From an uncultured Collinsella sp. (GTDB taxonomy: Bacteria > Actinomycetota > Coriobacteriia > Coriobacteriales > Coriobacteriaceae): 64,000 bases of DNA. A program made the translations under genes and the position numbers. Of this stretch, positions 47,662 through 56,871 are shown one piece after another (within the stretch, counting starts at the first letter, position 1; each line of letters begins with the position of its first letter). The DNA lies in the NCBI GenBank assembly GCA_900542825.1, contig UQOY01000001.1:232536-296535 (forward strand). The letters run 5' to 3'. The notes beneath the pieces are model-generated. The model saw only the letters and a program-made list of their open reading frames with translations, was not told the origin of the DNA and ran no database searches.

Positions 47662-49341
47662 CTAGTCACGCGTCAGCTTGCGGTGAATACGATGCGGCTG
47701 GGCTGCGTCCTCGCCCAGGCGCTCGATGCGATTGGCTTGATAGGCCTCGAAGTTGCCCTCGAACCAATACCAGTTGCCCGGATTCTCGTCGGTGCCCTCC
47801 CACGCCAGAATGTGCGTGGCGACGCGGTCCAGGAACATACGGTCGTGGCTAATGACCACCGAGCAGCCCGGGAACTCGAGCAGCGCCGCTTCGAGCGAGG
47901 ACAGCGTCTCGACGTCGAGGTCGTTCGTGGGCTCGTCGAGGAGCAGCAGGTTGCCGCCCTGCTTGAGCGTGAGCGCCAGGTTCAGACGGTTGCGCTCGCC
48001 ACCGGAGAGTACGCCAGCGCGCTTCTGCTGGTCCTGGCCCTTAAAGCCAAAGCTCGCCACATAAGCGCGGCTGGGAACCTCGGTCTCGCCCACCATCATG
48101 TGGTCCAGGCCGTCCGAGACGACCTCCCACAGGTTCTTATCGGGGTCGATGCCGGAACGGTTCTGGTCGACGTAAGAAATCTTGACGGTCTCGCCCACCT
48201 CGAGCTCGCCCGAAGTCAGCGGCTCCAGACCCACAATCGTCTTGAACAGCGTAGTCTTACCCACACCGTTGGGGCCGATGACGCCCACGATGCCGTTGCG
48301 CGGCAGGATGAACGATAGGTCGTCGATGAGCACGCGGCCATCGAACTCCTTGTGCAGATGATGGGCCTCGAGCACCTTGTTGCCCAAACGCGGTCCCACG
48401 GGGATGCGGATATCGGTCCAGTCGAGTTTCTGGCTTGCGCGGGCCTCGGCCTCCATCTCCTCGTAGCGAGCCAGACGGGCCTTGTTCTTGGCCTGGCGAG
48501 CCTTGGGCGAGCTGCGTACCCACTCGAGCTCGGCCTCCATGCGCTTGGCGAGCTTGGCATCGCGGTTGCCCTGCGCCTCGATACGCGCGGCTTTGGTCTC
48601 CAGGTACGTGGAGTAGTTGCCCTTGTAGGGATAAAGGTGGCCGCGGTCGACTTCGCAGATCCACTCGGCAACGTTATCCAGGAAGTAGCGATCGTGCGTG
48701 ACGGCAAGCACCGCGCCCTGGTAGTTGTGCAGGAAGTGCTCGAGCCACAGGATCGACTCGGCATCCAGGTGGTTCGTGGGCTCGTCGAGCAGCAGCAGGT
48801 CGGGAGCCTCGAGCAGCAGCTTGCACAGGGCCACGCGGCGGCGCTCGCCGCCGGAAAGCACGTTGACCGGCATGTCGGAATCGGGCAGCTGCAGGGCGTC
48901 CATGGCCTGACCGAGCTTGGAATCGATATCCCAACCGTCGGCGGCGTCGATCTCGTCCTGGAGCTTGCCCATCTCGGCCATGAGGGCGTCCATGTCGCAA
49001 TCCGGGTCGCACATCTCCTCGCCGATTTTATTGAAGCGATCGACCTTGGCGATCATGTCGCCAAACGCCATGCGTACGTTCTCGATGACGGTCTTGTCAT
49101 CGTCGAGCGGCGGCTCCTGCTGCAGGATACCCACGGTGTAGCCGGGGGTGAGCCTGGCATCGCCGTTGGAGACCTCCTCGATGCCGGCCATGATCTTGAG
49201 CAGGGTCGACTTGCCCATACCGTTGGGGCCCACGACGCCGATCTTGGCACCGGGGTAGAAGCTCAGGGTCACGTCGTCAAGGATTACCTTGTCGCCATGG
49301 GCCTTGCGAGCCTGATACATCTGGTAGATAAACTCCGCCAT
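47662..49341 (-). CDS. ettA: ABC-F ATPase, energy-dependent translational throttle protein
   Basis: Two ABC cassettes with an inter-domain linker; MAEFIYQMYQARKAHGDKVILDDV N-terminus typical of EttA. Confidence 0.9.
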   Translation of the reverse strand: MAEFIYQMYQARKAHGDKVILDDVTLSFYPGAKIGVVGPNGMGKSTLLKIMAGIEEVSNGDARLTPGYTVGILQQEPPLDDDKTVIENVRMAFGDMIAKVDRFNKIGEEMCDPDCDMDALMAEMGKLQDEIDAADGWDIDSKLGQAMDALQLPDSDMPVNVLSGGERRRVALCKLLLEAPDLLLLDEPTNHLDAESILWLEHFLHNYQGAVLAVTHDRYFLDNVAEWICEVDRGHLYPYKGNYSTYLETKAARIEAQGNRDAKLAKRMEAELEWVRSSPKARQAKNKARLARYEEMEAEARASQKLDWTDIRIPVGPRLGNKVLEAHHLHKEFDGRVLIDDLSFILPRNGIVGVIGPNGVGKTTLFKTIVGLEPLTSGELEVGETVKISYVDQNRSGIDPDKNLWEVVSDGLDHMMVGETEVPSRAYVASFGFKGQDQQKRAGVLSGGERNRLNLALTLKQGGNLLLLDEPTNDLDVETLSSLEAALLEFPGCSVVISHDRMFLDRVATHILAWEGTDENPGNWYWFEGNFEAYQANRIERLGEDAAQPHRIHRKLTRD

Positions 49342-49525
49342 TTGTCTGTTTTATCCTTTCTAACTGCTGTTTCCATATTCTTGTTTCGCTTTAGTGGAAA
49401 CGAAATGAGAAAATCAGCTCTGAAACTTAGCGAAAAAGGGGCATGGTTGCCCACACCCCCTAATACTACCTGGGAAAAGTCCCCCGGGACACACTATGAA
49501 CTGCGTACGCTAGTTTTCCGCAACC

Positions 49526-50239
49526 TTAACGAACAGCCCGCTGAGATTTGCGCCACAGCAGATACGAGTAGACGTAGACGGCTCCGACCGAACCAAACGC
49601 CAGCACCGCAATCACCGCGGCGACGACTTCACTCGAAAGCACCGCACCTGCCACGCCCATCGCAATCAGGTCAACACCCAGCACCATAAAGCAGGCACCG
49701 CCAAAGCGCTGCGTACGGCGCCAGTTCTCGGGATCGGCAAGCGCCCAAGGCGTCTTGATACCGAGCGTATAGTTCTGCTTCACACGCGGCAAGTAGTTGC
49801 CTACGCCGATGAACAGCAAACCGATAGCACCGGAAATCAGCACGTTGACCGAACCGACCGCCGGCACCACGCCCCAGACCGTAAGCTCTCCCAGCCAGCT
49901 TATGGCGCACATGAACAAGGTGAAGGCGATCACGAAGCCCTGGTAGAACTTGCCCGAGGTTCGATATGCCTCGCCTTTGGGGTCGATGCGCGGCACCACG
50001 CAGAACATTGCGAGAAGCACCAGAGGCAGCACGCCGAGCGCGGAGGCCATCCAGCTGGGACCCCAACCGTCGACGGCGCCGTTCGCGCCCCAGTGCGTGG
50101 GAATCTGCCCAGGCAAGCTCGGCATCACCATGAGGTGCGCTACGACATTGGCGACGCACAGAGCGATCAGCGCAATCCACACACGCCGCGATACCCCCGT
50201 GGCGTGAATGCCCTTGTTTTCGTTATTCATCCTTATCAC
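49526..50239 (-). CDS. SdpI/YhfL-family membrane protein
   Basis: Polytopic membrane protein downstream of, and overlapping, an ArsR-family regulator (SdpR/SdpI-type arrangement). Confidence 0.7.
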   Translation of the reverse strand: MIRMNNENKGIHATGVSRRVWIALIALCVANVVAHLMVMPSLPGQIPTHWGANGAVDGWGPSWMASALGVLPLVLLAMFCVVPRIDPKGEAYRTSGKFYQGFVIAFTLFMCAISWLGELTVWGVVPAVGSVNVLISGAIGLLFIGVGNYLPRVKQNYTLGIKTPWALADPENWRRTQRFGGACFMVLGVDLIAMGVAGAVLSSEVVAAVIAVLAFGSVGAVYVYSYLLWRKSQRAVR

Positions 50240-50501
50240 CTTCCGTGTTTGTAAAGCCCATAAACCAACCGATCAAGTCCTGCATGACGGTGGTGTTTAA
50301 GCTGTAAACGATGTTTTGGCCATGACGTTCGTCGGTCACCAACCCGGCGTTTTTGAGCGTCGCCAAGTGATGGCTCAACGACGGCTTGCTGATGTCAAAA
50401 TGCTCGGCAAGCTCCCCGGCCGTGCGATTGCCCTCGCGCAGCAGTTCCAAAATGTGACGCCGTGTAGGATCGGCCAGCGCCTTAAAACCCTCTCCCGGCA
50501 T
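50223..50501 (-). CDS. ArsR-family transcriptional regulator
   Basis: ALADPTRRHILELL...AGELAEHFDISKPSLSHHL winged-helix; start at MPGEGF. Confidence 0.8.
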   Translation of the reverse strand: MPGEGFKALADPTRRHILELLREGNRTAGELAEHFDISKPSLSHHLATLKNAGLVTDERHGQNIVYSLNTTVMQDLIGWFMGFTNTEGDKDE

Positions 50502-50799
50502 AAGACCTCCTCTCATCATTTCGTTCGACGCGCACACTATACTCGTTATTTAGATGTTTGTCTAACCATCTAATCTTATACTCAAAAAATAGCCGCCCCC
50601 GCGTAATGCGAAGACGGCCACTTCTCACGCTACAAACATGTTTGGGAGTTGGCAAACCCGCTGCAACGGGTGCCATCTGCTTCATCTTATGCGAATCCCT
50701 GCCTCATTTCAACAAGCCCCTAGGGCTCAAATGGAATCGCGATAATACCTATAATGGCGATAGCTAAAACACGATTCGCTTCCCCATCGGAGGATGTTT

Positions 50800-51597
50800 A
50801 TGACCGAAACCGCAGCCGCAATTTCCAACGAGACACGCGACACCAAGCTCGAGATCATCATGGGCCGCGAGGCACTCGATAAGCTCGCCGATGCTACGGT
50901 GCTGGTGCTCGGCTGCGGAGGTGTGGGCTCCAATTGCTGCGAGGCCCTCGCCCGCGGCGGCATCGGGCATTTCGTCATTCTGGACAAGGACATTGTCGCG
51001 CCCAGCAATATCAATCGCCAGGCCATCGCCTTTCACAGCACCGTCGGCAAGCGCAAGGTGGACGTGATGGAAGCCATGATCCGCGATATCAATCCCGCCG
51101 CCACCGTTATCAAGCGCACCGAATACCTGCTGAGCGATAACATCGACGAGTTCTTTGCGAGCGTTTTGGAGCAGACGGACGGCAAGCTCGATTACATCGT
51201 CGACGCCATCGACACCATCTCGGCCAAGCTCACCATTGCCAAATATGCTCAGGACCACGACATTCGTTTGGTTAGCTCCATGGGCGGGGCCAACAAGCTC
51301 CATCCCGAGTGCCTCCGCTTTGCCGACATTTTCGATACGGTACGTGACCCCATGAGCCGCATCATGCGCAAAGAATGCAAGAAGCGCGGAATCAAGAGCC
51401 TACATGTACTGTTTAGCTGCGAGGAATCGGTTAAGACTCAGCCCCGCGACCCTTCCAATATCCACGAGCGCACCGAGCTGGGAACCGCCAGCTTTATGCC
51501 GCCCATCATGGGCCAGATGATCGCCGGCGAGGTTATCCGCCAGATCAGTGGCCGCGGCACCGAGCGCGTGCGCGCCGATGGCCAGCGCCTAGACTAG
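50800..51597 (+). CDS. tcdA: tRNA threonylcarbamoyladenosine dehydratase (ThiF/MoeB-family)
   Basis: VLGCGGVGS E1-like Rossmann motif; GGAGG RBS. Confidence 0.8.
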   Translation: MTETAAAISNETRDTKLEIIMGREALDKLADATVLVLGCGGVGSNCCEALARGGIGHFVILDKDIVAPSNINRQAIAFHSTVGKRKVDVMEAMIRDINPAATVIKRTEYLLSDNIDEFFASVLEQTDGKLDYIVDAIDTISAKLTIAKYAQDHDIRLVSSMGGANKLHPECLRFADIFDTVRDPMSRIMRKECKKRGIKSLHVLFSCEESVKTQPRDPSNIHERTELGTASFMPPIMGQMIAGEVIRQISGRGTERVRADGQRLD

Positions 51598-51611
51598 CGG
51601 AGCGCGCCGAG

Positions 51612-52394
51612 ATGGAGCCCCGGTTATTTGATGCACACTGCCATCTTGATTTAATGGCTCACCCGGACGCCGTTGCCGATGAGGCAACGGCGCTGGGCTT
51701 GGGTCTATTTGATTGCGGCGTCGATCCACGTGACTTCGCTAGCGCACATAGGCGAACCCGTCGCCCTCCTACCGTCATCAAGGGTATCGGCCTCCATCCC
51801 CGGTGGCTCGCCGACGAGCGATGCGGCAACGCAGAAATTGACCTACTCTGCCAAATTGCCGCGCAAGAGCGTTTTGTTGGCGAGGTGGGACTCGACTTTT
51901 CCGCGCGCTTTGATGGAAGTGAGCCGCTACAAATACAGGCATTTGACCGGCTCTGCGATACACTCGTGCAGCATCCTCTTACCGGGCGCGTAATATCAAT
52001 TCACGCCGTTCGTTCGGCAGGAGCCGTACTGGACATCCTCGAATCGCATGGACTACTCATCCCAAACCCCGACTCCCCCGCTATCATCTTCCACTGGTTT
52101 AGCGGCACTTCGGACGAACTCGCCCGTGCGCGAAACGCAGGCTGCTATTTTTCCGTGAACGAGCGTATGCTCGCCACCAAGCGCGGTCGCGAATATGCCC
52201 GACAGATTCCACTCGACCGTCTACTGCTCGAGACCGATGCGCCGGCCGAGCCAAACACAGAAACAAGCGCGCAGTCGCTCATCAGATCGCTCACAAGAAC
52301 CTCAGAGCGCATCGCCTCGCTCAAAGACTGTGACGAAAAGTGCATCGAGTCGGCAGTTTTAGCAAATGCGCGCTCTGTATTTGACCTTCGCTAA
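51612..52394 (+). CDS. TatD-family metal-dependent hydrolase
   Basis: FDAHCHL N-terminal motif and TIM-barrel hydrolase length. Confidence 0.8.
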   Translation: MEPRLFDAHCHLDLMAHPDAVADEATALGLGLFDCGVDPRDFASAHRRTRRPPTVIKGIGLHPRWLADERCGNAEIDLLCQIAAQERFVGEVGLDFSARFDGSEPLQIQAFDRLCDTLVQHPLTGRVISIHAVRSAGAVLDILESHGLLIPNPDSPAIIFHWFSGTSDELARARNAGCYFSVNERMLATKRGREYARQIPLDRLLLETDAPAEPNTETSAQSLIRSLTRTSERIASLKDCDEKCIESAVLANARSVFDLR

Positions 52395-52404
52395 CCCCTG
52401 TGGG

Positions 52405-52469
52405 CAAAAAATGCCAAATATGAGTACTGTTACCGGAATGGATACATTACTCATATTTGGCATGTTTTG
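52405..52469. repeat. 22-bp inverted repeat with 21-nt spacer
   Basis: caaaaaatgccaaatatgagta ... tactcatatttggcatgttttg, one mismatch. Confidence 0.5.
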
Positions 52470-52476
52470 CACACGA

Positions 52477-52510
52477 GGTCCCGGGGAGGATCCTGCACCT
52501 CCCCGGGACC
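52477..52510. terminator. bidirectional terminator hairpin
   Basis: ggtcccggggagg-atcctgca-cctccccgggacc, 13-bp perfect stem between convergent tatD and the kinase gene. Confidence 0.7.
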
Positions 52511-52516
52511 GCTCGG

Positions 52517-53380
52517 CTATTCGACGATTGGTGCTCCGTGGCCCCAAGAGCCTTCCATGCCGCACACGGTCGAGGCAAACCCGGCAGCAAAGTCGAGCGC
52601 GCGCTCGATGGCCTCGGCGCCATCCTCACCACGCTTGGCGGAATCGAGATAGCACATCAAAAACGAGGTGAGGAACGAGTCGCCCGCCCCCATGGTGTCC
52701 TTCATGTCCGTTACCGGTTTAGCCAGCTGGCGGTAATAACGCTCGCCGTCGTAAGCAATGCAGCCCTCGGCGCCCGCCGTAGCCGACACAAAACGCGGAC
52801 CCAGGCCCTTCACCCATGCCAGACGCTCGCGAATCTCGTCCTCACTCGCGGCATCCGCCGCACTAAAGAAAGCAAAATCGACGTAGGGCGCAATCTGCTC
52901 GTAGTACTCGTCGGTGGAGTCGTCCGAAAAGTCAAAAGAGACCGTGACGCCCGCAGCCTTCAGCTTGGGCAGCTCGCGCTCGGTAAAGCAATAGTTGCCC
53001 GAATGAACCACATCGAACTGCTTCATGTACGCAAGATCAAAGCGATCGAGGACATAGCGCGCATCGCCACGGATACCGCCCTCGTTGGAGCCAAGGAAGA
53101 CACGGTCACCGTCAACGACGGTCACGCGAGCCGCTCCGTTCTCGCCAATCATCTGCTCGCACTTGTCAAGCTCGATACCCTCATCCTCGAGGCTTGCAAT
53201 GACATGCTCGGCAGCGGCGTCATTACCAAAAATGCCCATGTATGCGGAGCGTGCGGCACCGCATTTCTTGGCATAAACGGCGAAGTTCACCGCGTTGCCG
53301 CCAGGATACATGGTGTGGATATGCTCGTAGCGATCGACGACGTTGTCGCCAAATCCGAGCGCGTTGACGTTAAATGCCAT
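52517..53380 (-). CDS. PfkB-family sugar kinase (fructosamine/fructoselysine kinase FrlD-like)
   Basis: PfkB motifs (GGNAVN, DTMGAGDSF); first gene of a deglycase/epimerase cluster. Confidence 0.75.
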   Translation of the reverse strand: MAFNVNALGFGDNVVDRYEHIHTMYPGGNAVNFAVYAKKCGAARSAYMGIFGNDAAAEHVIASLEDEGIELDKCEQMIGENGAARVTVVDGDRVFLGSNEGGIRGDARYVLDRFDLAYMKQFDVVHSGNYCFTERELPKLKAAGVTVSFDFSDDSTDEYYEQIAPYVDFAFFSAADAASEDEIRERLAWVKGLGPRFVSATAGAEGCIAYDGERYYRQLAKPVTDMKDTMGAGDSFLTSFLMCYLDSAKRGEDGAEAIERALDFAAGFASTVCGMEGSWGHGAPIVE

Positions 53381-53394
53381 GGCCTTTGTCCCTT

Positions 53395-54363
53395 CTAGTA
53401 CTCGACAACACCCATATAGCGGCGGAAATCGGGATCGTGATCAAACACCTTGCCGCGTGCAGCACGCAGCTCGCAGTTCATGGCGTAGAACAGCACCGGA
53501 TCCAGATAGGCACGGACGCTCGCCGGCACGGCTTCCATACCGTACTCCTTGGCATCGAGCACCATCAGCGTATCGGTATGCGTCTTAAGGAACGCCAGGG
53601 CGCGCTCGTCCATAGCACGGCACTCGCTGGAGCCCATCTGCAGGAAGTAAAAAACGCCATCCTGAGTAGCCTCGAAGGGGCCGTGGAAGTACTCGGCAGA
53701 GTGGATGTAGCTGCAGTGCTGCCACTGCATCTCCATAAGAGAGCAGATAGCGAAACCGTAGGTCTGGCTAAAGTTGGGACCGCTGCCCAGAATATAGAAG
53801 AACTCGTGCTCCTGGCAAAGCTTGGCAAAGCGATCGCCCAGCTCGGCATTTACCTTCTCGCGTGCCGGGGGAAGGATCTTATCCATCTCGGCGATACCGG
53901 CATACATATCGGCAAGATCGGCGTAGCCCTCCTGCTGATCGAGCAGCTCTGCCGCAAGCGACAGCGAAATACCAGCGGGGACCTCGGCCTGCGGCACACC
54001 CTCGCCCCACGGGTAGACCCACGTGGTCCACTTGCCGGAGTCGATCTTAGATCCAGCGTTGTCGGTCTGGGCGATCACCGTAGCGCCGGCGGCAAGGGCA
54101 ATCTCGCAGCCCTCGACGACCTCTGGGGTGTTGCCACTGTGGCTACAGGCGATGACCAGGGACTTCTCGCCCAGACGACGCGGACGCATAATGTCGAATT
54201 CACGCGCGGTATAGATATACGAAGTGAAGGTGGTTGCCTCGCGCTGCAGAAGCTCATGAGCCGGGATCAAATCGATCATGGAGCCACCGCAAGCAATCCA
54301 GTAGACGCTGTCGAACTTGCCCTTCTCGGCAATTGCCTCTTTGATCAGATCGTGTGCGTTCAT
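53395..54363 (-). CDS. SIS-domain fructosamine-6-phosphate deglycase (FrlB-like)
   Basis: Two SIS domains (ACSHSGNTPE). Start at MNAHD with AAAGGA RBS. Confidence 0.7.
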   Translation of the reverse strand: MNAHDLIKEAIAEKGKFDSVYWIACGGSMIDLIPAHELLQREATTFTSYIYTAREFDIMRPRRLGEKSLVIACSHSGNTPEVVEGCEIALAAGATVIAQTDNAGSKIDSGKWTTWVYPWGEGVPQAEVPAGISLSLAAELLDQQEGYADLADMYAGIAEMDKILPPAREKVNAELGDRFAKLCQEHEFFYILGSGPNFSQTYGFAICSLMEMQWQHCSYIHSAEYFHGPFEATQDGVFYFLQMGSSECRAMDERALAFLKTHTDTLMVLDAKEYGMEAVPASVRAYLDPVLFYAMNCELRAARGKVFDHDPDFRRYMGVVEY

Positions 54364-54425
54364 ATCCAGTTCCTTTCTTGTTTGGTCCGCAATCAATGAG
54401 ATTGGCTGCGTGGCCGATAGTTGTT

Positions 54426-55277
54426 TTAGTCAATCAGATATTTCTCGAATGCGGCCATGTTCTTGGCATCTGCCGCCGCCGGGTCATCGTAGTAACGACC
54501 GTCCGTGATTTCCTGGCCCAGCATGCCGTCAAAACCATGGGCGTTGAGCGTGGCGACGAAGGCGTCCATATCGTGCTTGCCATCGCCCCACACCAGATGG
54601 CCATACGGGTCACCGTCGATAAAGTGCATCTCGTGAATTGCCCCATCACCAAAGGCGGCAAACCAGTCCTCGAGCGTCTCGCCTGCAACGCCCATCGCGG
54701 TTGTATCAACCATGGGCTGTAAATACGGGCTCGCGACCTCGTCAATCATGCGCTTCGCATCGGAAACCGTCGTCACAAGGTTGCTCTCCTCGGGACGCAG
54801 GCTTTCCATCGTAAGCACCAGACCGTGCTCGCCGGCATACTCCGCCAGAATGGACAAGTGCTCGCGGCTGCGCTTCCAGGCTTCCTCGCGGTCCTCGTCC
54901 CAGTCGCCCCAGCCCGAGTTGACGGACATACGGTCGCACCCAAGTACCTCGGCAAGCTCAATGCCGTGCTTAAAGTACGCCAGGCTGCGCTGTTCATGCA
55001 ACGGTTTGCGTGCGCAGTACTGCCAAGGATAGACAACATTCTCGGGGCACAGAGTACGATACCTAAGCCCACGGTCTGCAGCCTTTTTCGCCAGGACCTC
55101 AGCCTCAAAGTAGCCCGTGTGGTCGAGCGTCACATGCGGCTCCGCACACCACAGCTCAATGGACTCAAAGCCCAGACGCTGCTGCACATCAAGGAAGTAA
55201 TCGAGCGACCACATGATGTAGTGGATATTCATGCCCGCAATCTGTTCGCGGCGCAGCGTCGGTTTGGATTCAGACAT
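54426..55277 (-). CDS. xylose-isomerase-like TIM-barrel sugar phosphate isomerase/epimerase (FrlC-like)
   Basis: 283 aa TIM barrel epimerase family; AAGGAGG RBS. Confidence 0.7.
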   Translation of the reverse strand: MSESKPTLRREQIAGMNIHYIMWSLDYFLDVQQRLGFESIELWCAEPHVTLDHTGYFEAEVLAKKAADRGLRYRTLCPENVVYPWQYCARKPLHEQRSLAYFKHGIELAEVLGCDRMSVNSGWGDWDEDREEAWKRSREHLSILAEYAGEHGLVLTMESLRPEESNLVTTVSDAKRMIDEVASPYLQPMVDTTAMGVAGETLEDWFAAFGDGAIHEMHFIDGDPYGHLVWGDGKHDMDAFVATLNAHGFDGMLGQEITDGRYYDDPAAADAKNMAAFEKYLID

Positions 55278-55278
55278 C

Positions 55279-56862
55279 TTATGCCTCCTTATTTCGATCG
55301 AACACGATTTGTCCGTCCGACATCGTCATATCGACCGCAAGATCACGTGCGTCGCGATAATCGAGGTCAAACACATCCCGATCGAGCACGCAGATATCGG
55401 CAAGTTTGCCGACCTCGAGCGTACCCAGCTCGTCTTCGCGCATCAGGTCGTACGCGCCCCCGGCAGTCCAAGCGCGCAAAAGCTCGACAAGCGTCAGCAC
55501 GTTGGCCTCATTCACGGGAAGTCCGTCGGCGAAGAACCCGCCGCACGCGCTGTAGATCGACTCGCCCAAGCTCGGAATCAACAGCGGCAAATCAGTGCCA
55601 CAGCACACTGTGCATCCGGAATCTTCCATGCCGCGGCGATTCCAGCTGTGCAAAAGTCGCGTCTCGCCAATTTGTCGACGCATCATCGACAGGCAATCCT
55701 CGCGCCGGTCCAGCGTCAGAATCTGCGGATAGACCTCGCAAATTCCACCTAACTTGCCAAACTCGACAAGATCGGTCGGGTCAGAGTTCTCGAGATCGGT
55801 AATCGCATGGCGGCGAAGCATCCGTCCATGCTCGTCTCGAGGCAGCGAGGCATAGAGCGCCACGGTGCGACGAACGGCGCCATCCCCCTGGCAATGCAAG
55901 GAATATCGGAAGCCGTCAGCATCAACTGCGCGCAGCTCGTTCTCAATCAGATCCCACTCGGGCTCCTCGACAACCGTCTTGCCGGCAGCTCCCGCATCGG
56001 CCGTGTCCTCATAGGGGTCAATCATCTCGGCAAGCCCCGCCCATACGCCGCGATCGGTCATACGGTTGAAGCCAGAAAAACGAACGAACGGTCCCCGGAA
56101 GCGCTCTCGTGCCTCGCGAGCATATGCCAGATTTGCACCAGCGCCCACCGGCTGCGACATCATAGAGACGCGAACCGTCAGCTCACCAGATTCCTCACGG
56201 CGAGCCATTTCGTCGGCAAAGCCGTAGTAGTCATCAAACGCCATCTCCTTGATGGCGGTAACGCCGCGCTCGTTAAGCATGCTCATGTAGTCCGAATACC
56301 TGGCACGCACCTCGGGCAGCGCGAGGAAATCGCTCATCATGCGCCAGATCTTCTCGGCATAGCACGCCTGGGGTGTAAAGCCGTATCGCGCACTGGCTGC
56401 AGCATTGAGAACGCAGGTCTCCGCGCCCGGTGTAAAGCAGACGACAGGGATATCACCAAAACACTCGTCAAACGCAGCTGCTGTATTTGCGTTCTCGGCA
56501 TCCGATGCCAACGTTTCGGGCAGGTTGTGGCCAAAAGCCGCCGCGCAATCCGGATGACCTTCTTTCCATGCACGCAAGAGCGACACAGCCTCTTTGGCAT
56601 CAGCGACGCCGGACAGATCAGACCCCAACGTCCGCAGCGCCCAGCCCGTATAGAAGGTATGCACATCGATCAGGCCGGGCATGACGGTGCGGTCGCCCAG
56701 GTCAACTGCCTCGTCCGCTTGGGTCAAATACGAAGCTACCTCACACTTGGTGCCAACCGCCTCAATTCGATTGCCACGGACCGCTACGAAACCTTCAAAC
56801 GGCAGGTCCCCCGTACCGGTAAAGACGCTCTTAGACGTCAGGACCGTCAAACGATCAGACAT
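55279..56862 (-). CDS. amidohydrolase-family metal-dependent hydrolase (Amidohydro_3-like)
   Basis: N-terminal PGLIDVHTF metal-binding motif; ~527 aa. Confidence 0.7.
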   Translation of the reverse strand: MSDRLTVLTSKSVFTGTGDLPFEGFVAVRGNRIEAVGTKCEVASYLTQADEAVDLGDRTVMPGLIDVHTFYTGWALRTLGSDLSGVADAKEAVSLLRAWKEGHPDCAAAFGHNLPETLASDAENANTAAAFDECFGDIPVVCFTPGAETCVLNAAASARYGFTPQACYAEKIWRMMSDFLALPEVRARYSDYMSMLNERGVTAIKEMAFDDYYGFADEMARREESGELTVRVSMMSQPVGAGANLAYAREARERFRGPFVRFSGFNRMTDRGVWAGLAEMIDPYEDTADAGAAGKTVVEEPEWDLIENELRAVDADGFRYSLHCQGDGAVRRTVALYASLPRDEHGRMLRRHAITDLENSDPTDLVEFGKLGGICEVYPQILTLDRREDCLSMMRRQIGETRLLHSWNRRGMEDSGCTVCCGTDLPLLIPSLGESIYSACGGFFADGLPVNEANVLTLVELLRAWTAGGAYDLMREDELGTLEVGKLADICVLDRDVFDLDYRDARDLAVDMTMSDGQIVFDRNKEA

Positions 56863-56871
56863 CACAACCAC

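Noticed and set aside
49342-49470. Possible upstream ORF (METAVRKDKTDKW...) overlapping the ettA start on the - strand
   Set aside because: Out of frame with ettA and has no RBS of its own. EttA is not known to be leader-peptide regulated, unlike ARE-type ABC-F genes.
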